Assembly: GCA_951406725.2 (NCBI GenBank)
Contig: OX597825.1
Span: 14,900,001 to 15,148,000, forward strand
DNA from: Octopus vulgaris
Taxonomy: Eukaryota
Direction: 5' to 3'
DNA length: 248,000 nucleotides
Part shown: in pieces, positions 14,189 through 29,910 of the stretch
Layout of the letters: the number at the start of each line of letters is the position of its first letter
Numbering within the stretch: the stretch's first letter is position 1
Notes under the pieces: model-generated
The model's database searches: none
Told to the model about the DNA's origin: nothing
Seen by the model: the letters and a program-made list of their open reading frames with translations, nothing else
Program-made: the position numbers and the translations under genes

Positions 14189-15516
14189 TGCATGCTTCTG
14201 CTAATTTATGTGTGTGTTTATCTTACTCTACGTATGTGTAACCAGCTGATACTTACTGAGCCAAAAAAAAGGGGGGTTACTACAAGAGAAAATATAGAAA
14301 TGTAATTACGACCGTAATTTATCGGATTGTTAACGGAATCTATGATATGTACATTGAAGAAATACTTTTTATTCAGAATATGTTTCTATTGATGTTCCAA
14401 AATTAAAAGTTGTCTTATTCCTGAATATGAATATAAACATGAACTGAATTTAAACAAGAAATCTTTACTTCCAAAGGAATTGTTACAGGTTAGATAGAAA
14501 TATAATTTTTTTTTTGTTTATTTAAATAGTTCCTCCAGTAGCGTTCGCCATATTGAGTTGACATTAGAAACGAGCTCACTGATCCAATTATCAAAAATCG
14601 ATATGCGGCTGCTATTTTTCACTTGTCAATAATTCCTCCGTGGTGTCTTATCTACAATAGGAATTACATTCTCACGTAGACTATAGTTCCGTTATTCGAA
14701 TCATACATGTCTACGAATTACTGAGTTTGATATTTCTTTGGAAGTTTGTTACAGTTTAGATATGTACAAATTGTCTCGTTTTTATGTTAGAAGAATAGTA
14801 TTGCTCCTTACATTTCGATCGAAGAATATTATTGTTCTCTTTTCGATCGTAATAAATACGATAGAAGATATTACTTAATCGTACCAACTTGTAGGCTTTA
14901 TATGGTTTAACAGCAGTTTATTATAAATTATTAAAATTCCTGTATTTCAGTGTAGATCAGATTTATAACGAGCAAATTTCAGATATCTTAAATAGTTTTG
15001 CTTTACAAAAGTGTGTGCAATAATATAAATGTATACCGGTATATAGGCTAGCATACAATATCGTTCTAAGGCCTGCCAAACAGAAAGACGTCACCAGCAT
15101 CCGGTCCAGCCACCCAGTTCAAAAAATTTCCGTTGTATTGCATTTAATGTTGCTGACATGATGACCTCGCTTCTAACAACTCCTTGTGGCCAGCCTTCAA
15201 CAGTAGCAGCCAAGCATATGGCCGCCGTCTCTATTCGGTTATCAAAGCCTGAATGCGCTGGTTCTCAGTAAGAAGCCTATGAAATTGTGTGTCAGTGCGT
15301 GCACGAGGGCGTGGGTGTTTTGTGTGTATGTCTTTAGTTTTAAACAATATAACTTAAGGATAGGCATCTTCAAGCTTTCAATTCTTGCTTTATATATTCA
15401 CTGAGTGGATATACAAATGAAAAGAAGCGCTGATTTACCTGCTACCGAACGGAAACGAGGAGCTATAGGTACTATAAATTGGAGCGATTTGGTTAGAATA
15501 TATTAAAGAATACCCA

Positions 15517-15744
15517 TTTCTTTACTACCCACAAGGGGCTAAACACAGAGGGGACAAACAAGGACAGACAAAGGGATTAAGTCCATTATATCGACCCCCA
15601 GTGCGTAACTGGTACTAAATTTATCGACCCCGGAAGGATGAAAGGCAAAGTGGACCTCGGCGGAATTTGAACTCAGAACGTAAGACCAGACGAAATACCG
15701 GTCAGCATTTCACCCGGCGTGCTAACGTTTCTGCCAGCTCGCCG
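15517..15744 (-). mobile_element. SINE group A
   Basis: Full-length reverse match to the group A consensus. Confidence 0.85.
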
Positions 15745-15813
15745 ATATATTAAAGAATACCGGATTATACTACACTTGCACTGAGTCCTGTAATTTATCC
15801 CCTCTTGTGAATA

Positions 15814-15873
<60 letters not shown>

Positions 15874-16901
15874 TATATAGATAGATAGATACATACATAC
15901 ATATATAAATATATATATATATGTGTGTTTGTGTTTGTGTGTGTGTGCGAGTGTATATATATATATATATGTGTGTTTTTGTATATATACACATACATAC
16001 ATATACACACATATTCATATATGTGTGTATCTAAGTATATTGATTCATACATATATACATACTTGAGTAGGTATATATCATAACCTTCATAACGTGATTA
16101 AACCGTTTCTGTCGATTGTGGATCTATGCAGAGACTTGCACTGAACTCTGCGCTCGTAGAGGCGACATTTCGATGTTTGTTGATATAGCATACATTTCTA
16201 AGATGTTTCTTCTTCACTTTCATGAAAGCAGCATTTCATATGTATTATTAGCAATATAAAACGACAACTGTCTCTTTGATTTCATCTCATATTCTCAATT
16301 GTTTGCAGATCAAACGATATGAAAAATCCATTTTTAAAAAATGAATTACACCGCCGCAATAAAGCAACATTCTGTTGTAGTTTGTATTCTGCATTCTGTC
16401 ATCTACACAGGACTTCAATAGTGGAATGAATATAGCAAAATATATAAATCTAACATAAAGCTATTTTTGCAGGTACGTTGCTGCTGCTGCTGCTGCTGCT
16501 GTATTCCGAGAGTGGAAGTTCCATTTGTCTTCTTGATAAAAATGAAATAGATCTACGTCTTATTTGCTGTTCAGTTCACTTGCAGTAATGATATATATAT
16601 TCCGAGATCACCTGACTGAAGTAACTTTGCTGAAGAATACACGCAATTGCATACACATTGATCACAGGGATATATCGATATATCTATCTATCTATCTATC
16701 TCTATTTATCTATCTGTCCATGTATCTATCTGTATATATGTATATAACGGGAAGCTTTATGAAAATAAACAAAAGACGAAGGCAGGTGGAGTACAAACAA
16801 ACAATTGTATTAATAAGGCGCTCAGGAATATAAATAAAACAAGTCTTTTATGTTTCGAGCCTACGCTCCTCAACATATACATATATATAATTTATACATA
16901 T

Positions 16902-16971
<70 letters not shown>

Positions 16972-17009
16972 TTACATATATATATACATATATATATATA
17001 GTTAATCCG

Positions 17010-17175
17010 AACAAGAAAGCACAAAAAAAAACACAACAACGCGAGGACGTGGAACAAATATAGTATTATTGGACGCTCAGGAAGGAAGGGAAGAAGGAGG
17101 GTTTAACGATTCGAGTGATGCTCTTTGTCGGAAACATAGGAGAAGGAAAAATCCAGAGAAGGGAAGACAGAGGGA
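17010..17175 (-). mobile_element. Hammerhead-like short element, subfamily H4b (degenerate core)
   Basis: Minus strand GUUU-CCGACAA-A-GAGC..ACUC-GAAUC-GUU-AAAC; sibling at 223130-223250 retains GAAACGUU; lies next to a (TA)n tract. Confidence 0.45.
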
Positions 17176-17992
17176 AAATATCGACAACACGTCCCCGTAA
17201 CTTAGTGATTCGGCAAAAGAAGCCGATAGAATAAGTACTAGGCTTACATAGAATAAGTCCTGGTGTCGATTTCCTCGACTAAAGGCGCTGCTCCACCATG
17301 GCCGAAGTCAAAAATGACTGAAACAAATAAAAGAGTAAAATAGTCACTTTGATCAAGTAAAATTATCCAAGGCGGTGCTCCAGCATGGCAGCTGTCTAAT
17401 TAATGAAACTGCATATTTTAAAGGAATCTGCTATATCAAGCCATCATTGTTCCGCGAGTAGCCATTCATTGCAGAGATGTATATGTTCTTTTAGTATGTA
17501 TTGACTCTATAAGGTTAGTCGCCATCCGGGCAGATGTAATGAAGTATAACAGGTTCAATGAAGGGGGTCTGATATTTTCGTGTGTACACGATTTATTTTA
17601 TCAGTAGGTGGAAATATACATTGCAAAATTTGTTGTTCATAATTCGTCCTATCTATGAGATTTGTAGCCAAAACTGAAGCCTAGAGAAAGTGTCCGGCGG
17701 GCATTGTGACTGAGTTTCAGACGAACCGCGCTCAGAATGTATTCCATACAAATAAGATTCAATGTTGGTTTATTCATAAGCTGCAAAGTAACGAAGAGCA
17801 GCGGACGAAATATTTGACAGCGTATATATTTGCTCGTGTATGCTGTGAATTGAAATAACATTTAGATGAAGTTGTCGACGATCGTAAATTTGATAAGTTC
17901 CTGTCTCAGTATATGCGTTTATATACATGCATAAAAGCACAGTTCCTCATAAATTTACATCTGTACATATATACATACATATATGCATAAAA

Positions 17993-18037
<45 letters not shown>

Positions 18038-18212
18038 CTGTACACCACTTCAAATAATCTATAGATAAGCTCACATACACACATGTGTATATATATAGAT
18101 AGATAGATAAATAGATAGATAGGTAGACAGACAGATAGATATATAGACAGACAGACAGATATATAGACAGACAGACAGGCATATAGATATATCGACAGAC
18201 AGACAGACAGAC

Positions 18213-18283
<71 letters not shown>

Positions 18284-18481
18284 CAGATAGATAGATAGAT
18301 ACACATGCATATAAGAATAAGCGTATGTATATACAAAAGTTTATTCACACTCATAGTCACACACATGCGCTCTCAAACACACACACACACACTAACACAT
18401 TAATACATACACACACGTATCGTTATATATTTTATTTCTATTATACGGCCATAGTGTAAACAAATATCGTATATATATCGT

Positions 18482-18518
<37 letters not shown>

Positions 18519-20713
18519 ACGTACATTGTTTATAAAAGAATTTGTGTATCATTTCCTCTCCTTGGCCATGTTCCTCTTAAGTATAGACAAATATCACCAC
18601 TATCATTATTAACTATCTGTCATTATAATGTAAAAGGATATTTCAGCCTAGAACGTCTTAATTATAATCTTATAATCTTTTGCCAGTATGATAAAGTATT
18701 TTTAACAAAGACTGAAAAAGATTTGCTCCCTATTTAGATTATAGCTGTTCTGGTATTAATCCTCGTCTTTGTAGTCACCTATTACTTTGCGTATATTTTT
18801 ACTATTTATTGTTTATCCTGCATTCCGAATCGTTATATTTTTCATACTGTAGAGCATTCTGTAAGTATTACTTTCGCCAGTCTGCAGATCTTTATGCTTG
18901 CATAACTCATCCGTTCTTTTTGAAGCAGATATTCACTTGTCAGGATGAATGCGCCTTCTTCTGACAGCGTATTTGAATTAATCAGCATATATAACTTCTA
19001 TCAAATTTCCATTTTGTCATTCCTAAACAGATCATGTAATGTATATTCTGTAATCTGTTTCCTGCATAAATTCCATTTTCTTTTTACACAACCATCATTA
19101 GTCGCTTGTTATATATTACTAAAGTATTATTAATGTTATATGGTATTACTTTCTTATATAATATTTCATATCAGTCGATGGTAAAATAAGTAGGTTATCG
19201 AACGTCATTTGTTGTATCTCGGGTGGATTATTATGCCAATTAAAATCACATGCAATAGTCTTTAGATAGGGTATGCCCTTGATAAAGTTGCGAACGGTAA
19301 CAGAGTGACTTTGGCAGATTTGATTAATAAAAAAACCGGTTAGTTAATTGGTTAAATGGTAGATCAATAGGTTAAAAAAATTAAAGATATGAAACAGAAC
19401 CAATGAATATATTTATTATAGACATAACGACCCTCCCAATATACAGCAAAATATGCTTCAGCAAACGGTTTCATATCAGGAAAATTTACGAACCAAAAAG
19501 AAAATCGAAAATAGTTTTTGACAATTAATTAAGACAAGTAAAGTCCGCTTTCGAAACCATCCAGTACATATCATTTCCATTCTTCCAATATACAAGGTAA
19601 AAGTATACAAATTATTATACAGTCAATTTTATCTAGTCTTTGACTGAACCCATATTGTGTAGCCCCAATCGAAGAAATTCGGTACATAAATGTTAAGAGA
19701 TATGAAAGTAATGTTTGGTTACAACTAAACATTACTTTCATATCTCTTAACATTTATGTACCGATTCCGGGAGTTTTTAAAGTATATAACTAAGTGTTGA
19801 CTAAGTCATCCCGAAATCAGTTGCTTTAGATTACGTATGCGCAGATGCCATGTACTGATTTCGAAGAGTATTCGTAGGTGAACGCATTGAAAATACTTCA
19901 AGTTCACTTCCGATGTAATATATTATTTTACTTGACTAACCTACATGAATGGTAGTATCACAAAGGCTTGCTGGGAAAGTAACCCGTTATTTACATCTAG
20001 ACACTGGTATATTTTTGATAGCCTACTGGTTTGATATTTCCCTTATGCTTTCATATGAAGTTTTATTTTTTCCACTTGAAAGCCAGTATTTCAATGATTG
20101 CGACGTAATTTGTTGTTGTAATTTGATTCTCCTCACTCTCGTTGATTTCTTTGTTTCTTTTTTATTTTAAGCCCCCTGTTTTCTTCTTCACCTCATCTTT
20201 TATATACCTGTGTACAGGACGTAATTAGAACTTTAAAAAACACCGCGAAACTAAGGCTCGTCTTATATACTCTGTATAAAATCTGAAACTTAAATTCATC
20301 TGGTTTAGAGTAGCATTAATGTCAATGTAAAAAAGTCGACGCATCAGTGGCGTCACTACAGTAGATATGTATTATAGATGGTAATTTACAATATTTGACC
20401 ACGTTTTGAAAATAACTAGATAAATACTATACAACCAAGACTGAAGAATTGTTGCATACAAAGTTTACTGACTGAAACATAGTTAAAATGCCATCGAAAC
20501 ACGAGAAAAGCAGGAGCCGCCGCAGGGGGAACCAAAGCGCACCCGTCCACTTCAGCTATGAAACTCGAGCCTTCGGCGCTCGAGCTATTTTGCATGAAAA
20601 CTTGGGTTAGACTTATATAGCAAGTATGGCTCAAAACTCACACTTTCAATGGAAATCTTGAGGGTCATCTTGTAAAGCCAGTCATTTTATATAACGATAT
20701 ATATATATATATA

Positions 20714-20745
<32 letters not shown>

Positions 20746-20764
20746 GTGGCGATTAAACTACTCT

Positions 20765-20799
<35 letters not shown>

Positions 20800-21169
20800 A
20801 CGTGCGTGTGTATGTATGATGTATGCATGTATATATGTGTGTGACAATACGCTTTTAAAATGTACTTACATATATAAAATTTATTGACGCCTGTTCAAGA
20901 ACATAAAAAAGTAGCCATTGTTATTTCATTAGATTCAAAAGCTTTATTTATGTTTTAAAAAGGAGACATAGTAAATACTTTCTTTGCCATAATTCGATTT
21001 AAATTCTTACAATTCCATAACAAAATGTATCAGTGGCGTCTTGCATCTAAAATTAACAGCAACTTTTGGTCTTTTGACAAAAAAATAAAAGCAAGTTGAA
21101 TAACTTAGAGACGGACATTTGCTAACTATTCGAAAATATATTTCGGATTATATTATTTCCGTTGACGAA

Positions 21170-21580
21170 GGCGGCGAGCTGGCAGAAACGTTAGCACACC
21201 GGGCGAAATGCTTAGGGGTATTTCGTCTGCCGCTGCGTTCTGAATTCAAATTCCGCCGAGGTCGACTCAGCCTTTCATCCTTTCGGGGTCGATTAAATAA
21301 GTACCAGTTACGCACTGGGGTCGATATAATCGACTTCATCCTTTTGTCTGTCCTTGTTTGCACCTCTATGTTTAGCCCCTTGTGGGTAGTAAAGAAATAA
21401 GAAACGTTTGAACGCCGGGCGAAATGCTTTGCGGTACTTTGTCTCTCATTACGTTCTGAATTGAAATTCAGGCTTTCAGGGTCGATAAATTAAGTACCAG
21501 TTGCGTACTGAGATCAATCCAATCCACTAGCCCCCTTCTCAAATATTTCGGACCTTGTGCCTAGAGTAGGAAAGAATATT
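21170..21580 (+). mobile_element. SINE A (tail 1) followed by SINE A' (tail 2)
   Basis: The second copy ends AAATATTTCGGACCTTGTGCCTAGAGTAGGAAAGA instead of tail 1. Confidence 0.75.
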
Positions 21581-22128
21581 TCCGTTGACGTCATTTCGAG
21601 AAAATATATTGCGAGTTTGTTTTATTTTTATTCTTATTTTTGCCGATGAAATATGAGGAAAAAAGGTTTAGTTTTAAATCGTCGTATTGTACTCGTTGAT
21701 CTCTTACCGACATTGCAGATCTTTCTCAGAATATTACTGCGGTCACCAAATTGTTGTTAGATCTGTATTCTAATATATTTCGAACAATGAAATTTCAGCA
21801 GATAAATCTACCTGCACTGCATCGAATGCTGTGCAGAGCGATACCTTGTCATTCACTTCTCACAGTAAGATAATTTATTGATTCTTAATTCTTATATCCA
21901 TACTACTAATTATCGTTTCTGCCTACCTCTACACTGCTCCATTTTTCCCTTTCAATCATGTAAAATATGCTAAACGTACACCGGGGAACTCCTTACTTAA
22001 AATATGTTATGAAGAGCAGTACGACAGATGATGCCTAGTAGATGTATGCGGTGAAATTGCTCTCAAGTCAAACCACTAGGGACATAACCAAGACATAGTT
22101 TAGATACAACATTCTAAAGTCTCCTTGA

Positions 22129-22190
<62 letters not shown>

Positions 22191-22426
22191 AGAAAAAATA
22201 GAAAATGCTACAATAATTTTATAAAGAACAGTTCAGTACCGGTTTCAATTATTGAGATTTTTTCAACTGTAACAATTAAATTATTAGATTTAGAAAAATT
22301 AAGAGAAAAGTTTTTTAAAAAGAATATTTGTATAGTGTTCAAGTATAAGTGGTATTTTCCTTGTTTCTGCCTGTCTCTGTCTCTCTTGTTTACTCTTGTG
22401 GGCTCGAGGTCATTGTGGTCTCGAGG

Positions 22427-22472
<46 letters not shown>

Positions 22473-25400
22473 TGAGAGCAATATTCCTTTCATGAATGGA
22501 ATGTATGTATTCACAGTGTTCCAGTATTTCAATTCAATATGGAAATATTACATATGTTTTGTGTTCATATGTCAAACATAATTCCAATTGTGGTTGTAAT
22601 AATTTTAAAAGCTATTTTCATCCTTAATCAGTTAATTTTAGGTGATTTTAATTTCAATATCACTTACTCTATTCCTAGTTTTTCCTTATCTCTCTCTATA
22701 TATATACAATGTTTTTTGAGAGCGGCTCCAAATATAACTATATTTCATAAAAGATATATCGATTGCTTCTGGTCATCCTGAGATATATATATATATGTAT
22801 ATAATCCAGGTTATATTCTATTGCAGTGAGTGATTTAACAATCAGTTATTGTATTTCAGCTGTATTTTTTATGATCTCAAAGAAGGTTGAGCATCAAAAG
22901 TAAATTAATACTAAAGCGCTTTCTTAGCTCCGTCGAACAGAGAATTATTTCGAAGCATTCGAGTTAGTATCTCAATATTGTAACGTATTTTATGCTTTTT
23001 ATGCCCCGGTTTATATTTCCGGTTTGCTAAAAATATCTTTCTTAAATGTTGGTGTCCTACAGGCATTCTGTTGCAAAATACTATCTGATATAATGCTGTC
23101 TGTAATATAGGTGAATGTCAGATTTAATATTTTGATTGGAAATAATTTTAATAGAACCAACATTGTTAAGAACACTTTTTTTGCAGTTTCTGTATTTTTA
23201 TATTCATGCAATTTTTTTTTTTTATAAAATGTTGGAAGCTTTTATCAATTATAAAAATTACTTTTCCCATATGTTTCTTGTAGCAGTTCCATTTCATTTA
23301 CATTTCTTTATATTTTATATTATTTTATATTTTTCGTGATCGGAAATTTATTGTCTGTAATGATTTCATTCATTACAATGGTGACATTTCAATTTGGATA
23401 ATAAAATAATAAATTTACATTTCTATACATATAAATATGCATGGATATATGCGTATGAATGTGTGCAATTTATCATTGAATGGAATTCAAAAATCGTTTA
23501 TAATAATAATATCAAAGCAATGTTTGTAAGAAAGAAATTGTAATTACTATAATTACTTTATTCAAAGATGTTGATATTTTCAGATGTGACATGCCTGACT
23601 AAACTTGAGAAATATCGACATGCGTCGCTGAACAATCCATTAGCAATGACACACAAATAAATTCATAAAATTAATTCACATCTCAATGCTGTTAAACACT
23701 TTATATTTTAATTGATTCAATATTTTCTTGACGTTCTGCGAATGATTTGCATTTATATAATTTTAACTATGTTTCTATTTTCGTAACAATTTTTATATTA
23801 CTAGCATCAAACAGCGACAGTTTTTACTTGTATTTAAATTCATTACATTATTGTTTCTATATTGAATTTATATATATTTATTCATTTTTTCCTCATCAAA
23901 ACTCAATCATGTTCGAATGCATTTTAATTTAATAACAAAATTTAATGTATTATTTTTTCCAATGAGTTTTGCATAATACGTTTCAAAATTTCCAAGTATT
24001 TACATGCTTCTGGATTTAAGTATCAAACTTTCAAATACCGTATATTTCCTGGGGTTACTGAAGAGTAAATGTTGTCTGTAGGTGTAGGTCAATATCGATG
24101 TATATATACAGTAATCATTATATATTTATGTTTAGCAATTTAGCAATTAAAAAATAATTTCTGTATAGCATTAAATGATTCCTTAAACTACAAACAAGAT
24201 TATTTTTGTGTTATATTCTCAGATTAAGGCAGGAATATATATATGCCTGAAGTATTAAAGGAATTATTCAGTTAGTTCAACAGTTTTTTAAGAGCACCTA
24301 GCATTTACACTTCCTCGAATAAAGTGACAAATAAGCATTTTTTCTGGAAATTCTATCATGTTATTAAATTCCATTAATTGGTTTGGCAAATATATACACT
24401 TATACTTTTTGTGGCGTTGCTACAACGAGAGGAAAACATTAAAAAGACATTATGCTTCTAATAAAATTAGTACAGAACACATGCAGTAAAAGCTACGAAT
24501 AACAACAGAAAAAATAAACTGCTTTCAAACGCGGTTCACACATTTTTAAAGTACTACCGAACAGATGTTATTGAGTTATGAACAAACACGGACTGCACAT
24601 AAACATGCCTGGCAAGGTAAAAATAAATATTAATTGCTAATAAACAGACTGATAAAAGCAGTCATGTTTGGAAAACATGTATGTGTATGTAAAATGTTCG
24701 TGATAAAGCGTGACAGAAAACTGAAAATATTATCGATAAAAGTTGCTGACATCCCCATGATTGCCAATGGATCACAGTTCTGCTGCATTTCGGATTCTGC
24801 TTGAGAGAAATACTGATTATTATCCATCCTAGACTAAATATTAAATGAATATTGGACGAGATTCTCAAGGAACAGAAGTTAAAAATTCATTCAGATCATA
24901 TGAAATTTAGTTAAGGTGGCAACTCTTAAATGTAAAGAGCTTACTTTTTTTTAAATGTGCCGGCCTCTACACGGAGTGAGCTTCATGAAAAATGACAATA
25001 TCCTGTAAACATGCAGAGGTCCGCAAACAACTGTGATTATAACGTATGAACCCAAACGCATGCGGTCGTCGAGATGGGGATTATAGATTAGAGGCCATTG
25101 AAGAAGTTCTTGATAGACACCACCTTGAAGTGGATGAACTTGTGGCTTGACGAAATACTGACTAAATTCGTAGATTTGCTACTGGAAAAGATGTCAAAAG
25201 CAACCCCGACCGATACCTGTGAATAAATTTTGTATAAAGAAGTCAAATAAAGTATTTAGTAACAAATAAAGGAATTAAATAGATTTGCCTGTATAAGCCT
25301 GGCATCATCATTTTTTATTTCTCCCATGAGAATGGTACCAAAATAGCACTCGCTAGATGGGGCCCATTTTTATGACTACCTGATTATTTATGTAAACCAT

Positions 25401-27186
25401 ACTTCCAGCACCCATGGCTGATGTAGATAACTATATTTATCAAGGATTGTGGGAGCGTGATTAGCCACAAGACTCTTTTATTCATCCATCTCATTCTAGA
25501 ATCACATTACTGAATGTTGTATGCACTTCCGGTGAACGTGATGCCAAAGAATATAATACTTCCTTTGACAGCTTTCAGTTTCAAATTAAGCAGATTTTCT
25601 CTTACTTGTCGCCATTCACTCTGAGGCCGTCAGCGCCTAATCGAGATATGTGCAGTGGAAATCTTTCCTAACACAAAAACATCTTGAAATCCGCCAGGGA
25701 ACCCTCTGCCATCTAATCAATGAAGATGTATACATCTCTATTTCAGTAAAACTTTGGTTTTGTAAAGATATAATACCCTATAATGAAAGAGCGCATCTAA
25801 ATAAGCAATCAATTTGAGATCAGGTTATTCTAGAATGGACTGTAATCTATACATTCAAATGCAAATATTATCGCTCTTGGTATTTTCAAATTTGGTGAAG
25901 GACCCTTCTAAAGTTAATAGACGTTGTTGACAACTACATTGATATTCTCGCTTCCCTTGGTCATTACGAAATTTATAAAGTAAATGCTAATAAATATTTT
26001 TTACGCAGTAACCGTGCATTTGATATTCTTGTCGCTAATATTAAGTGTCATCGACCCTTTCCCAAGAAGGTGCAGTGTGTCTTTCCAGTCCACTGAAGAG
26101 ATAACATGTTCCAAACAAGATCAGCAAAACGGTGCACACAGATCACACGTATGCAAAATGTGGAGTGAAGGCCATATTCATCATTGGTCAGTACTTCACA
26201 TCTACACCTATGGATTTGTCTGTCCACAGAACTCTGCACAACGTATCTATAGATCCCACGTTGTCCAGATTTAGAGAAAACCATAACTCAACTGTGTAGC
26301 TAGTTGTGGATAAGTAGGTTCGTTAAATAGTTCTTAAATGATTCGACGGTATTTTAGATTAGAAATAATCGATGCCTGCTTCTTGTCCATCAATATTCGA
26401 ATTTCATGTAAATAGAGGTCTTCGATGTTGAACAACACGTACGGAATGGACATTCTGTCTCCCTAGCAATCGATAGTTAGTAGTGCTACTATTTCCGAAA
26501 TAATCGGTCTTCCAACAAACAGTCGTTCGATTTTGCTCGCAACCCTGAGCCGCAACAGATATTTTCAGTTGCTGCACTTATTCCTCGGATTATACTTGTT
26601 TCATTCTTCATGTCTGAAGTGCGTGTTGTTTTACGCGTGAGATACGCAAGACTATTTTTCAGTATGATCCAGGACACTTTTATTCTTATTCGGACATGCA
26701 ATGCTCTGTTCGGACCACAGCCTAGTCTGCGTGCTTTTAACGACCTGTTTCAACATGAACAGCGCAACTGCACTTAAGTAACCAGACATATCATCATAAG
26801 AGTCGTTATTATTATTTGCAGTTCGTGTAACGTGTGTGGGTAGGTTCCAAATTGATTAAACGAAGATATCACTGATTAGTTCACGTGAGCTATGTTTCAA
26901 AAATCGGTTAACATTAATGCAGTAATCACCATTTTCATATTAGATGATGTTTTTGAGACTTTACCATTATTAGTTGCATTCGCATCCCAGTCGTTTGCAA
27001 CACTTTGGTGACCGCAGGTGGCCTTAATTATTGACCACGAAGATCGGAGTAGAACTGAACTTTCAGAAGATTGTTCTTTAACCCTGCCGCAATTGTTGCT
27101 CATAAATGTCAACAGTTTAGGAGGCAGTACTGGTCAAGGTGACCACCACATAACGGTACAAAGCAATTTCAGATTTCCAAGAAATA

Positions 27187-27417
27187 TATTGGGTTATCCG
27201 GAAAGTTCTTGCCGATTTTTGAAGGAAAGAAAAAAGGTCAATAAATACTTGCCAATATATTTTTAATCAACCAAATATGAACCATTTTGTTACACAATGC
27301 GTCTCCATCTTTCCTTTAACTTGAAAATACCCTCTTCCGAGAATTGAGGTTCCTGTGAGGGTAAGTCGAAAAGTAAGCTACTATAAAATCGGCACGAACT
27401 TTCCAGACAACCTAATA
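27187..27417 (-). mobile_element. Short mariner MITE (231 bp)
   Basis: TA-flanked TIRs TTGGGTT(G/A)TCCGGAAAGTTC..GCCGATTT at both ends; internal deletion derivative of the 146575 family. Confidence 0.8.
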
Positions 27418-27811
27418 CTTCCTACAATTGTCAACAGCAATCGAGACTGATATATACTATTTTAGGAGTTCGTTGGAAGCAGCAACAATACCGAAATGAC
27501 ACTTACACACCCGATCTAATTTAGAAGTACTTGTGCAGCGATGAAGAATAATGGTAAGGAATGATTTTGGCACATATTATATGTAGCAATTTCTTAAGCT
27601 TCTGGGAGTTCTATCATAGCTGGACAGTTCTGAATCTAGTTACCTGTTGTAAGCGTATACTAGTAAAGGTAATGGAAATTGATCACATTGATCCCGATTA
27701 CTGCTATTTCTACACCAAGGGAACAATATCGTTTTGCTTCTTTTTTCTATCTGTCATATTTTACTTGTCTGATTTTCTATCTATCTGTCTGCCTCTTTCT
27801 CTCTCACTCTA

Positions 27812-27888
<77 letters not shown>

Positions 27889-28949
27889 CTATATATCTAT
27901 TTATCTATCTGGCTATCTATTTATTTATTTGTGTATCTATCTACACACACAGACTCACATACACAGATGTGTATATACATGTTTCTGTGTGTTTGTGTGT
28001 CTATGTGTTTGCGTGTCTGTGTGTCTGTGCGTCTGTGTGTGCGTTTGTTTCTGCAGGGGGCTTTGTGCATGTGTGTGTGTGTGGTGTATGTGAGTGTTTT
28101 ACTTCCTATGTGCGTGCATGTGGTTGTACGCACGCGCAGGTTCCCAAGTGAAATATATTACGAAATCTACCATCAAAAATTTTAACTATCACGAGAAAGC
28201 ATTTTTAAAAACTATTTAACCTAATTTAATTGAAATGAGAAATTGAACGTAGTTTAAACATATTTGTCTTTTTAATTCAATTTCATTTCAAATAAAGGAT
28301 GCTTTATGTAAAAGATCTCCATCAAATGAATTCCATTGTCTATAGAAATCATGGTTGACCATCATTTAAAATCAAATATGAGTAGGAAATATACTCTGCT
28401 TCCTTCTAGACTTATATAACATGTCTACGGTTTTGTATCCCGTTATCTAGTTATAATTAATTTCCATTGAATTCAAAACAGTTCATTTCCATTCACTATA
28501 AATTAATTAAAGATTTGGCTATATTTATTTGTTTGTAACCACAAATTTCATAAATGTTATAAATGAGATAGACAAATAAAGAAATGATAACAAAGAAGGA
28601 AAGTTATAAATAATAAAACACACATGAAGAAAATAAATCTGAAAGATGTTTCTGATTGAAATTAAATTATATTTAAAATTTACAATCGTTGAAAACGATT
28701 TACAAATATATAATTGTTGATGTTTATGATAACCTTGGTGATGATGGCGAAGATATTGATTATAGTGTTGGTAGTAGAGTTAGTTGGAATACGATAGGAA
28801 TAATTCAAAAGAACATCATTTTAAACATCGTCATTTTCATTTCCCATTTGTTATTTGCAGCATGGTCACCATCATTATTCTTATTAAACAACAATTAATC
28901 ATCCTTATCATCATCAGTCTCCGCATCATTATTTTCAGTATCATTATAA

Positions 28950-29440
28950 TCATTGTCGACTAGGTCACGATCATCAATCGTAGTCGTCATCGGAACCATC
29001 ATTGTCACCACCACAATCATCATCATCATAAACATCACCATCATCATCACCATCATCATCAACACCATCTTCACCATCACCATCATCATCGCCATCATCG
29101 CCACCATCACAAACATCACCATCACCATCACCACCATCACCATCACCACCACCATCACCATCACCATCATCTCATCACCATCACCATCACCATCATCTCC
29201 ATCATCATCATCATCACCACCATCACTATCACCACCATCAACATCCACCTCCTCCTCATCATCATCATGATCATCACTATCATCATCACCATCACCATCA
29301 TCACAACCACCACCACCACCACCACCATCACCACCATCACCACCATCCTCATCATCAAAATCAATTACATCGCCCTCCTTCATTGTAAAGGTCGTCGTCG
29401 TCGCCGTCGTGATAGTTATTATCATCATTTGTCTTCATCT
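28950..29440. repeat. (CAT/CAC)n cryptic trinucleotide tract
   Basis: Direct inspection. Confidence 0.9.
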
Positions 29441-29582
29441 TTCATGACATTTCTTTCAACTCTATTATTAATTTTAAAGTACTGTATCTTGAATTAAATC
29501 ACTAGTATACATTTATACACACGTCTAAGCGAATAAGACGCAAATGTGTATAGTTTTGTCTATGATATCCTTCTTACTCTCA

Positions 29583-29629
<47 letters not shown>

Positions 29630-29879
29630 AATATATATATATATATATATACACATACATGAACGCATACATACGTATATATGTATGTCTATATATAGAT
29701 ATATATATACATATATACACATACATGAACACATACATACGTATATATGTATGACTATATATAGACATATATATATATATATATATATTAAATGGAGAAA
29801 TACAATTGACAATCTAACAATTTACACGCAATTACATATATATATAAAGTTGAAAAAGAGGGTTACTCTAATGTGCGTG

Positions 29880-29910
<31 letters not shown>

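Noticed and set aside
19250-19900. Possible Penelope RT remnant
   Set aside because: Too decayed to support by eye.
26000-26290. Possible exon, or Tc1 remnant (CRVLWTDK)
   Set aside because: Only one short motif; more likely a transposase relic than an exon, but not supportable.
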